Part shown: positions 1 through 10,996 of the stretch, one piece after another | Layout: each line of letters starts with the position of its first letter | Numbering within the stretch: the first letter of the stretch is position 1 | Assembly: GCA_963924565.1 (NCBI GenBank) | Contig: OZ004612.1 | Location: 6,262,001-6,326,000, forward strand | DNA length: 64,000 bases | Reading direction: 5' to 3' | DNA from: Ascidiella aspersa | Taxonomy: Eukaryota | The notes under the pieces: model-generated | Told to the model about the DNA's origin: nothing | Database searches by the model: none | The model's input: the letters and a program-made list of their open reading frames with translations, nothing else | Made by a program: the position numbers and the translations under genes

Positions 1-379
1 GTTTTGTATTGGCTCCATAATAGCAATTTGTCACAATGTTGCAATAGGGTGGAGTTTTTTAAAACAGGCAATTATGAAACTGTGCAACTTACAGCTTTAT
101 ACTGACACTAAGTTATTTTCATTATAATAATTGCTTTGAAACATCGTACAAATTATAATGGCAACGCGAATTTACATTATATTGTATGTACAACATTATA
201 TTGTATGTACAAATACGTCAGAGTGAAAACAACGTCTTTATGGCGAAGTTTCAGCGCTAAAAACACAAGAGGCAAAAAAGCAACCGAAAACTATTAAAAT
301 CACGAATCAAACTGAAAACGCGTTTCATTTCGACCACTGCACTTTAAAACGAAGTTGACGTCACAAAACTACTGTGATG

Positions 380-3300
380 TCACCGGTCGGCGGTGGTTTT
401 GATGGTGGAGCGCCTCCTGGCGTTCACAACCGCAGCTCTCGAGCTACCCCGCGCAACAGCGTCGATGTTCTTCAGCCTTGGAAGCGAGTGGTTCTTTAAA
501 ACACCACAGGCCTTGACGCAAAGCTGCTCGACGGTGGCCGAGTAGAGAAGTGGGTTAAGCACGCTGTTAATGGGAAGCAGGACGATTGCGCTGACCGCAT
601 AAGCAACGCCGGACATTTGCACGCCGCCGAGGTGGACGTAGCTCAACACACAGACCGGCACCCAGCAGCAGAAGTCGGTAAAGATGAGGCGCGCTATGCG
701 GCTCTGCAGCTTTGCGTTGCGGTCGTTCTCGCTCGACTGTACGCGCGCGCGCCCTTTGCGATAGATGTATAAGTAGGCGACCGCTATGTAGACGAACAGG
801 AGAAGGTTGAGGCTGAGAAGCGCCGTCGAAAAATGCCACGACTGGTCGGCATGCGCGCTACTGAACAGGCGCGGCATGCACACGCTGTTCTCGCCGTAGT
901 AGCCGAACTGGCCGCGAACCGCGAGACCGTGGTGCCGCAAGTACAGCAACACGCTCGACCACGAGTTTACATCCAGGCTAGCGTTGACTCGGCGACTCAA
1001 ACGCGCCGCCAACTCGCCCAACTCGGATTTGCTGAGCACTTCGGATCGTGTAAAGAGGTTCGGCATCCATACGCTAGACGTAAAGTAGCCGCCGCCAAAG
1101 TCAAGCAGTGGAACTGCTGCAAGCGCGAGAGATACCAGCCACACTGATACCAGTAGCAGGAGTGCTGTGCGCTGTCGGATGTTGGACACTCTCAGGGGTT
1201 TGCGCAGAGTGATCACGCGTAAAGTTGTGGTGACCGACATGAAAAGGATCGAAGCCTCGCTAGATAAGACAACGAGGAAGCCGAGTAAGGAACAAGTTAC
1301 GCTCAGTCGCCACTCGCGGTCGCTGCTCCAGTAGCTGCCGGAAAAACGCAGCGAAAAAGCGGCGACCGTGGCCAGGTAAACACCCAGCAGTAGGTCGGCT
1401 GCTGCCAGGTTGAGCACAAGCAGCAGGTTGAGACTGGTGAAGGGCGAGCTGTAGTTAGTGTTGCGCAGCTTCCTGCAAACGGTGAAGATCACAATGAGAT
1501 TGCCGGCTGTGGCCATGAAGGCCATGATCCAAAGAAGGGCGCGCAGGAACTCGTTGGAGATCATTTCGTACACGGAGGAGAAGACTCCGGCCTCGTCGCT
1601 CCCATCGGCGCAGTCTGCGCGTCCGTCTTTCACGGCGCTGCGGTCAACGGAAAGCGGCGTCCCGCCCCAGCAGTAAAACCTCCCGGGGCAAGCATCCTCC
1701 GCCTCGTCCGATCCTCTCTCGCAATCCACCTTACCATCACACAGCTGCTTGATGTCTATTGTAGGGGGTTTCCCAGGGTCACAGGGTACCCTCGTGGGGC
1801 AGTCCCGTTCGTCGAAGCCTTGCGGACATTGCGCCCCAATGTAGTGCCAAGCTGGGTCCGGCTCGCCGTCGCAGTAGCGCTCGCCCATGCGGAAGTGAAA
1901 GCGACAGGGGTCAGTGCAGAAGGCTGGTTGCTCCGGGCAGTTTGAACACTCGTCACTCATGTCGTCGCACTCTGGTCTTTTGTCGCACTCCGTTGCCTGA
2001 ACAGACCCGTACTTTGTACTACAGTTTACCAGTCGGCCTTCCCCAACTGCTTCCATGGCTTGACAGTGCCTCTCGTCCGCTCCGCCTTCACATTGAACCA
2101 CCCCGTTGCATATGACGTCAACCAATTTGGAGCAGTTGCTTACGTCATTGGCGCATGGCATCTCGTCCAGTTCGCACTCCGAGGTGAAATTAGCGAATAC
2201 GTCCTCGCAAATCGCCAGGCTTCGCGCGTCTTCGCAAAAGCACTCGTCCGAAAGGTCGACGCAGTCCACAACTCCGTCGCAAACCTGCGATCGACCGACA
2301 GTCGTGGAGTTGTCGAAACATCGAAAGCAGGAGTTTGCGCTACACAAGTCCGACTTGTCCTTGCACTGCGCCACTTTATCGAGCAAGTTGGCTTGGGGGA
2401 GAAGGCAAGCGACTGGTGAGTGTGCCCCGAAGCACTTGAAACCGGAAACTGTGGGTTGGAGTTCGTCACTTCCGTCCGGGCAGTGCTTCTTGCGGTCGCA
2501 AAATCCCCGCAGAGGAATAAAACTGCCGTCAAGGCATTGAAAGGGCGTCTTGCATGCCTCGTCATCACAGCCCGAAATGCAGACAGTTTTAGATGAGTTA
2601 GAACTCGTATGTGGTACAGTGACGCACGTTGCGTTCACACCAGTCAACTTGCGCTGCATCATAAACGCTTTGGTAGCGTTTTCACCTTTACATACTGACA
2701 CCCGTACGACGCAGCTCGAGCAGGGCACCAAGCTGGTGGCACACGGCTCGTCGCTTCCGTCTAAACAGTCTTTAACGCCATCGCTCAGTTTCTGAAGGTC
2801 GATACAGCGACCCTGACCCTCACACGTTCGGTTTTCATTCCCCGTACACCCGCAAAGGGCCTGGTGTTGTGAGCAGTCGCACGGGATTTCATCACTCCAA
2901 TCTCCGCAGTCGTTCAAGCCGTCGCACACCGGCTGGGCATCAATCCAGGCTCGGTGGCAGCCTGTATCAGCTGGGCTTCCGACACACTTACACGCAAAGG
3001 TGCCAACTGGCAGGCTGCAGTTGGACTCGTCGCTCCAGTCGCTGCAGTCGTTAATGCTGTCGCAGAACTTGGGCTCCAGTACACAGCCGATTTTCGCTGT
3101 TTCCGGGCAAGAGCTAGGGTCCTGGTCGTAGCAGGCGCAAGGAAGCCACCCTGCAGTACATTTGCAGCCAATCTCGTCCTCCCAGCGCCCACAGTCGTTC
3201 TCGCCGTCGCACAACCAGTACTTGCTGATGCACCTCTCCGATCCTGGGCACTGGATCCTGTCCGGAACATTACAACAGGGAGGTTCGTCAGTGGCAAGCG

Positions 3301-6135
3301 GGCAGTCGTTGAGCCCGTCGCACATTTTAAAGGAGTCGATACAGGTTAAAGTGCAGTTTGGGTTGTGTGAGGGGCAGGGGCAACGACGCTGTTCGAAGGG
3401 GCAAGCGCACTCCATTTCGTCGCTGGCGTCGGCACAGTCGTTGTCGTAGTCGCACTCCCAGGCACCGGGAATGCATTTGGGCCCATTGCCGCAGTCCTGG
3501 CCCATTCTCCCGCACGCACATTCGAACTGATCATCACCACATGTGCAGTTCTGCTCGTCGCTCCAATCGTAGCAGTCGTTACGGCCGTTGCACCTCAAGG
3601 CTGGGTCAAGGCAGCCTCTGCAGTTGTCCCAAGCGCTTCCAGGTTGGCCGTAGCAGTCGCAGGTAAATTTATCGCCCGGGCAGGTGCAGTTGAACTCGTC
3701 CAGCCCGCCCGGACAGTCCAAATAGCCGTCGCATGTTTCGTTGGCGAATATACAGTGAACGCCCTTCGCGCAGACTGTGCCCGCCTGCCAGGGACAGTCG
3801 ATTTTATCGGACGCGCAAACGCAGTCTCTTTCGTCGCTGCCGTCGCCGCACTGGTCGAAAGAGTCGCAGCGTTCCGACTGTGGGAGGCATCCATTATAGT
3901 TTGGACACGTCTTGGTCGCGTTGGCGAAGCAATCGCACTGGAACTGGTTAGGCGAGCAAGAACACCCGGCCTCGTCCTCCCAGGCATTGCAGTTGTTCTG
4001 GCCGTCGCAGAAAAACGATTTTTTGGTGCAACTGCGGTCCGCAGTCTGTCCTGTGATCGCGCATTGTATGGAGCTTTCAGGACAAGGACAGTCGGCTTCG
4101 TCGGTTCCGTTTACGCAATCCGGCACGCCGTCGCAAAAAGTGGAAAGCGGTATAAGCTTAGAGTCGACGCAACCCTCTGTATTGTTACAGGGGCAAGGTA
4201 GCCACTGTTCTTTACAGTAAAGCTCATCGGTTCCCAGCATACAGTTCTCGACTCCATCGCACGCTGCACCCCTGGGGTAGCACCCTGCCCCCCCGTAGCA
4301 TTTTGGGGCTGGAAACTTGCACCCACACTGGAGCCGGTCCCCGTCGCAGCTGCAGTAGAGCTCGTCGCTTTGGTCGTCGCAGTCCGGGACCCCATCGCAC
4401 ACCCACCCTGGGGGTATTGTGGCCCCCAATTGGATGACGGAAGCGTTGTTTCTGGGGTTTGGGTGAAGTAGGGGTCCGTCATCCATCGGGCACCCACATC
4501 GATACGGTTTTGTGCAATGTTCTGAAGGGATAACAAGGCTAGTTTTATATGTTTGTGAAAATGTATGTTGCATAAATTCACGGATAATTTTCTATTTATG
4601 CGGAATTAAAACTTGTATATTAGATAGTAATTATTATTAATCAATATACTGTTGCTGCCAGGCATTGTTTCAATTGTTCTTTCGGCAAAATTTTATTAAA
4701 ATGTCTCTCTAGATATTATTAGCGAAACAAGGCATAACTGTATTTAAAAATGGAATTTACTAAACTAATATATAGGTAACATATTTATAAATAAACCAAG
4801 TTATAAGAACCATTTCATTTATTAAGATAATTATTGTATTGTTGCATAATAATTAACCCTAAAATAAAACATTTTGAGAAGCTTCTCGGTCATGCACCAA
4901 ACAACGCCAAATACTACTTAAAAATCATTCATCAAAGTTCTTTATCGATTTAACTATATAATAAGACATCAAACCTGCGCAATCGTAGCAGCGAATTCTC
5001 TTTTCCTGAAGAGAGTCCGCGAAATCGTTGACTGACGAACACCAGTAGAAGTCTACCCCCGCTGTAGTGCAGCTGTGGTAAACCTCACCTTTATACGTGA
5101 AGGGAAACACGCAGGTCAAGGGTGACGTCGTGCACACGTGACTTGCTGCGCCTGTGACAAGGCAAGCGAAACAGTCGGTTTATAGCCAGAACTATCCAGC
5201 CTTGCCAGGGGTTTTCGTTGAAATTGCAATTTTACGATTAGTGATACGGCCTTTACAGTTATTTTCATCCTTATGACCTACGGCACCCCTAAAAGATATT
5301 AAATAGATTTTCGGCACCCCGACTGGAATTTTCGTTGAGTATTTTACTGAAATATTACTATAAATGAAACTGGAGCATCACAATCAACTTAAAACAGATA
5401 GGAAAATGTCATTTAAGATAATGGTCTCTAATCGTACACAAATAGTTGTATCAAGAAGCTTACCAACAAAGCAAAAGTCAGATTCTTAAAAATTCTCAAA
5501 TACCTATCGGCACCCTTGGACATTATAAATGGTACATCAGGGCGCCGCGGCACTCCGGTTAGAAACCACTGCTTTAGTAGGTCGTTTTTACCAGGGCTGT
5601 GGAGTCGGGGTTTGGACTCGACGGAGTCGGTTTGTTTGTCTGGAATCGGACTCGGGACTAGAGTAAGACTACATAAAACTACCCGTGTCAGAAGTCATCC
5701 ATACGTTTCGCAACACATTAAAGTTTTTGTTTCGAAAATCGGAATATATACTTTGTCGGAAATCTTGAAGGTACAGATTTATCGAATGCTATGGTTAGAT
5801 CTTTTTATTAAATCAGTGACGTTTATGACTACGTTTTGTTCAACGCGTTTTTGGACCGCGATAGATATCTAAAACAACATGTTAACACATGGAATCCATC
5901 TACAAAACAAATTCTTTGCAACAATTAGTTTAAGGTAAATATTACCCAAACTACACTAAAACAACCAAAATATATTGTGAAAACGTATGGCTTTAGATGA
6001 TTTAATAGGCCAGTGACTAACTTAAGAAAACGCAAAAGTTAAATTACAAACAGGCTTACCTGTAACCAAAAAAGCCCACGCCAGAAGGCACAGTTCGGAA
6101 TTTGACGCCATTCGGGATTTGCCGCCATTCATCAT
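380..6135 (-). CDS. LDLa-repeat LGR/RXFP-type GPCR (GRL101-like but without LRRs) with N-terminal fibronectin type II domain; 3 coding exons
   Basis: Exon 6135-6060 (MMNGGKSRMASNSELCLLAWAFLVT, G|GTAAG). Exon 5151-4975 (GAAS then FN2-like CVFPFTYKGEVYHSCTTAGVDFYWCS; phase 1-1). Exon 4521-380 (CAG acceptor; joins the 1397-aa ORF at EHCTKPY). About 20 CDGxxDCxxxSDE LDLa motifs; hinge GVFSSVYEMISNEFLR; 7TM with LAAAD, FTDFCCWVP and NPLLY as in LGR/RXFP receptors. The ORF-track start at 4573 is intronic. Confidence 0.88.
5592..5800 (+). mobile_element. Partial MITE of the CAGGGCTGCGGAGTCGG family
   Basis: Starts CAGGGCTGTGGAGTCGG with GACTCGG-rich interior matching the copies at 41248 and 59706; right end not seen. 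Confidence 0.65.
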
Positions 6136-7664
6136 CTGTTTTTGGAAACTTGTGTCTCGAAAAAAAATTGATATCAGCACAAATGTGTTAACAACAAAGC
6201 TTTAAATAAAACATTATAAGATTTCTCATTAACTCTTGCAAAAATCTATTTTTAACCTCGTTACCAAAGCGTCACAAAGCAGCTTTGAAAAACAAAATAT
6301 TCTTTTCAGCTTTTAAAAAATAAATTAGAATTTAAATTAAATCTTTTTAGTTTTTAAAACCAGATTATACATAAACCTAATTAGAAATAAAAATAAGCTA
6401 AAATCTGACTACAATTTCTAGGTAAAATCACCATGGTTTTATAGAGCAATCTTAAAAATGTGAACGGAAATATTCGTACACTAGCAAAAGCAATTATTAG
6501 GCTGAACAACACACTTGCATGACAATCGGAATTTAGACTGAAATCCAAATTAGAATACCCTAGCAACACAAAAATGGAATGTGTCAAATTAGTCAACCTT
6601 AAATATTTAGTCCTCAAAATCTTGTAATTCAACAAAAGTAATTCAATCTGACCTCCTTAACGCTTACAGACGATACGCATGACAGGTTATTGCATGCAGT
6701 TTTCGCCAAGAGTGCCAAGAATCCGTACTGGCAATTAAGTACTAATAACCTAAAAATACCCTTTTTACGGAAACCTTTGTTTTATTTTGGTACCAATTGC
6801 TACACCACAAGTTTGTAAGACAACTCCACTCAACTTCAGCTTTCCCTGTCATTCCTGTAGGTTAAATCAATTTAAATTGGGGGGAAAGTTTGAATTCTTT
6901 CCCTTCTGCTTTATATAATTCCCCGTGATTACCGATACTTTGTTGAGCTTTACTGTTGCTTCAACTTGTTTTGTGGAAAAGTGGTTAAACAGTTATAATG
7001 AAAATATTCCCATTTACCTTGTTAGCTTTTGGCCTCCATTGGTAAACCCATATAAAAGTTACGCGCCATCAAAACAGTAATATTTAGGCTTCTTTAAAAC
7101 AGACCTATACAATTACAAAAAAGACGGCCATACATTTTGCTACAAAATGCAGTCGGTTTAAATATTCCAGCGTTAGGAATAATACAGTTGAGTTTAAACC
7201 GCCATAAGAGCGATGCTTGTGGGCTAAGCGACGGACAGGCGAAACCCACAGATCACGCAAGGACCGCGGAGAGCGATCAAATTACGAATTTCTGCAAGCA
7301 CTACGTGATTTGAGCGCAACGGTCGCAAAAGACGGTGCACAATTGTGAAACGCATTAGATATTTCTTTATTTTCTTGTTGGGGCTAGGACCATTATATTG
7401 CTGAACTACTGATGTAAACAATCCAACGCTTGGTGAATTCTGCTTCACAATGATAGTAAGAGCCGACATCAAGGCGCTATGAACGCTTGGCTGCCAGAAG
7501 CCAGTTATTATGGTTATGAGCAATTAAACATTGAAATGAATTCCACTATGGGTGTCACCTCAATCCCCTACTCGATCCAGAAATCAAAGCTAACTTTCCA
7601 ATGGAGACATGCTAAATGAATTTGTTTAGCAGTTTATGCAGTATTTTACCGGCAAGGCCAAAAC

Positions 7665-7955
7665 CAGTATTTCTCAACTTTTTTTCGCGGCCCAAAATAC
7701 AGGAGTAGTTTTAAGTATATTAGTTGCGTTTAGGCGACCCTATAGACTCTTTACTGAACTCAAGCGTGTAAACATAACACATTACCATAAAAAAGTTTTT
7801 TTAATTTAAATAAGCAATGTTTTCGTACTGCTTCCACCTTTATTCAAGTATAGGAGAAATCTTGCTCAGGACCAATCTTAGTAAATCGAACCAAACAAAA
7901 ACTACTGCTAATTGCGACCCAACAAAAATCGCGACCCATGGGCAGAGAAACACTG
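7665..7955. mobile_element. hAT-like MITE
   Basis: Termini CAGTATTTCTC...GAGAAACACTG; internal GCGACCC motifs as in the 17190-17494 element; TSD decayed. Confidence 0.55.
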
Positions 7956-9125
7956 CTTAAAACGAAATGCATACTTCCGTCTGCAGTTTGGCGTAATACC
8001 AACGCCATTCATTCACCAATGGTATTTTACTTTGCTGTATCCACACCGACATTCTTAACAGTACTTCAAGTTTGTGCTTTCAGTTCGCTTCACACGTTTA
8101 TCCTCTGCTTTTCGAGCGATTAATAATTTTAGTAGGTCTACCGGTATATCATTACTTTAAAGTTCCGGTGAAGTTTGACAGGAATTGTTCATTCACCTAG
8201 GATATTTTAGAGTTCACTGTAGGCGGCTATTCACACTGACGCGCTTATCAATACTTTAAAGTTGTACTGTAAATTCGCCACAGTCATCACTCCTTCGTTT
8301 TTCGAGTGATTAAACATTGACTAGTATTATTACCTCAAAGTTCCGTCGAAGTTTTCGCGGCGGTTTCTTACGCTCTCGTAAATAAGATCACTTCTTACTG
8401 GCTACATACAATGCGCCGACCGCAAAATACACAATTGACCGATTAGGGCGACTTGACAGAGATTTCAGAGAATTCGAAACATACATGAGGACGGGTTAAA
8501 CTGGGAGAACGAAATTTATTTCGCAATTAAATCTCTCCGGGTGTAAAGACGTTACAAAAATAATTTTTTCAATGTGCTACGTATGGTGAGGCCTGCAACC
8601 CTCCGTATTTCTAAAATTTTCCCTCAATTTTGCGGTCTCCATCTGATAAAATTGTGTTGAGAAATTTGACTTAGGCCTTTATTTTTTTTAACAAAGCCAA
8701 ATTTGTAAATGGAAGTCCCCTTATATTATGCCCAATTTTATGTGATTGTTTGCTATGAAAATCATAGTTGTTTCAGGCGTCCTTATTTTGTGTGGTGTAG
8801 AATAGAGGGATGATAGGCCTGCGTCCTGCGTGCAGCGTCATGAAACAACAAAGTTACCGCAATTAGGTTACCTTTATTTTTACATTGTAAACACTTCACC
8901 TACGTTTTATTGTTAAACAAAGAGTAATTAAAAGTTTATATTCAACAAACAGCAATTGTTAAACTCTGTTAAAGTTTTACACAAGGGTCTTTTTATTAAC
9001 TAAACGTAAAAGAAAAGCGGAGATATTAAAAATTCGTTATAGTTTGAAACACTAAACGGATCTGTTATAAGTTTAATGGTGAAAATAATGGCCCAAATAG
9101 GCGTAAAAAGCAACATGCTTTATTG

Positions 9126-9164
9126 TTCAAACGTTTCGGCAAATGCTCATGCCATCATCAGTGA
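9126..9164 (-). ncRNA. Minimal type-I hammerhead ribozyme motif (Penelope-like terminus)
   Basis: Minus strand reads uca CUGAUGA u GGCA-ugagcauu-UGCC GAAA c GUU uga: intact core, 4-bp stem II, palindromic AACGUU stem III, 3-bp stem I, AATAAA just downstream. Confidence 0.65.
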
Positions 9165-10322
9165 TATGAAGGCCACATCAGTTACACCCGTTTATTTACA
9201 CTTTAGTCGCTTAAAGGAATGATCGTTATAGTTGTCTCTGAATTTGAATTATAAACTTTCCGAATTGCAGCTAACGCCAAGCTCACCTCACCAACTTGGA
9301 ACGTGGCGTTGTTTTGCACAATGTGCGAAAAAACGTGCGCACATTTTTGAGTGAGAGTTTGAGTTTGAATTGCGCTTGTATAACCTATCTCAAAATGTGA
9401 GTACATTTTCATTAAAAAATGTTGCACATGTTGTGCACATTTTGGCGTTCACATTTATGCGCACATTGTGCAAAAAATGTCCGCATCCCCGTCTCCAGCT
9501 CTCGTCCCCATTGACAGCCCAACAACAAACATTGTCAAACACGGAAGCAAAATACTTGAATCTCATGTGACCAACCTCCTTTGTTTGGTGAAATTCCGAC
9601 ACTGTGATAAGCATGGTCCTATGACCTTGACACAACAACTGGGTCAAGTGGGTAAACCCTTTGCAGGTTGCGCAGCTCTTTTTCGAATTTGTGGCAAATC
9701 AAAAAACATAAAATGTTGTAGCTTAACAACTCTTTGGTTAACTTTTGCGAAAGTGAGTGTTTTAGAAATCGTCAAAAATCGAAAAAATGTCAAGGCTATT
9801 CTGATTTGAACCAGGTTAAGGCGGCTCTAACCGGTTTCCGTTCAAATACCCGGTAAATTACAAATAAAAAGTGTCATCAAACTATATATGTTGCACTGAA
9901 TATGTTAAGAATGGAAATCACCTTGACCCTTGCAAGATAAATGTCGACCTTAATTCCTGATCAGTAACAGCAAAATAATCTAGCAAAGCTATAGCAATTC
10001 AGGTCAGACACATTAACCAGATCTTAAAAGATATATATATATATTGCCAACTAAGGCATCGTCAGTATATCTGAATAAAAACAAACGCAACAGTATAAGA
10101 AAGAGAAACGGCAATGTTTGTTGTGCCGTTGTTTTGCGTTGCCGCGTTTCTCTCGACCCGTTCTTATTGTTTCTGTACAGGGGTTGTACACATTGGATGT
10201 CACTACTATTTTAATAGCTTTTATATTTTAGTTATTTTACTTTGTTTATTTAATCTTTAATGTTTCTGACTCTTTCTATAGTTTGATATAGTTTGATAAC
10301 AGCAAAATAATCTAAAATAATC

Positions 10323-10354
<32 letters not shown>

Positions 10355-10449
10355 TTTACAAAACTGGGTCAAGTGGCTAAGCTCTTGCCAGTGCGCAGCT
10401 CTTTTTCGGCCCTTTATCTCGATCCACTTTTTTGTGGTTTGCTAAGTCA

Positions 10450-10810
10450 TAAGGATGTCTTATACTTCAAATTTTTATCCGATACCTATAACCGATATTT
10501 TGAACCAAAAGTATCGCGATACGATACCAAATGACGTCATTATGATGCTCAAACAAGCACAGTAGAAGAAATTGAGTCGTTCAAAGAAAATATTTTATAG
10601 GTTAATATGTCATAATTTTTCTTTAGTGTTTTTGGTTAGTTATGCCTAGTTGTTAACCTATTCTTATTAGATTAATTTGTGTTTTAAGATAAAATCGCCT
10701 GTTGTATCGCAAATTCAGGATGAAATTCCTAAGTTAATTTGGTATCGTATCGTCACCGATACTACCAGTCGGCGTCGTGTGTCCGATCCGATATTATCGG
10801 ACATCCCTAG
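10450..10810. mobile_element. MITE, TAGGGATGTCCGAT family
   Basis: TAAGGATGTC...TATCGGACATCCCTAG termini with CGATAC/GTATCG subterminal repeats; homologous to 54428-54820. Confidence 0.65.
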
Positions 10811-10910
10811 CAAATATTAAAAAAATAATTTGGGTACACTATGCACGGACCTGTAATGTAACTTGATAATAAATTACAAAACCAAAAGGTCGGGTATCGA
10901 CAGCATCTTG

Positions 10911-10952
10911 ATTAAGACGTTTCGATACGAGCTTGTATCATCTTCAGTTAAT
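10911..10952 (-). ncRNA. Minimal type-I hammerhead ribozyme
   Basis: AUUAA CUGAAGA u GAUAC-aagcuc-GUAUC GAAA c GUC UUAAU: canonical core, 5-bp stem I, 5-bp stem II, ACGU palindromic stem III, GUC cleavage triplet. Confidence 0.8.
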
Positions 10953-10954
10953 GT

Positions 10955-10996
10955 TAATACTGAAGATGATACAAGCTCGTATCGAAACGTCTTAAT
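10955..10996 (+). ncRNA. Minimal hammerhead ribozyme core (inverted partner; weak stem I)
   Basis: CTGAAGA 10960-10966, stem II GATAC/GTATC, GAAA 10984-10987, GTC 10989-10991; stem I pairs only 1 bp before a U-U mismatch. Confidence 0.6.

Noticed and set aside
567-4581. Many overlapping ORFs on both strands within the GPCR exon
   Set aside because: Shadow frames of a GC-rich coding exon; no recognisable motifs
8050-8370. Degenerate tandem repeat (ACTTTAAAGTT... units)
   Set aside because: Too decayed to define a unit or assign a function
9203-9809. ORFs next to the hammerhead as Penelope GIY-YIG/RT remnants
   Set aside because: No recognisable GIY-YIG or RT motifs in the translations
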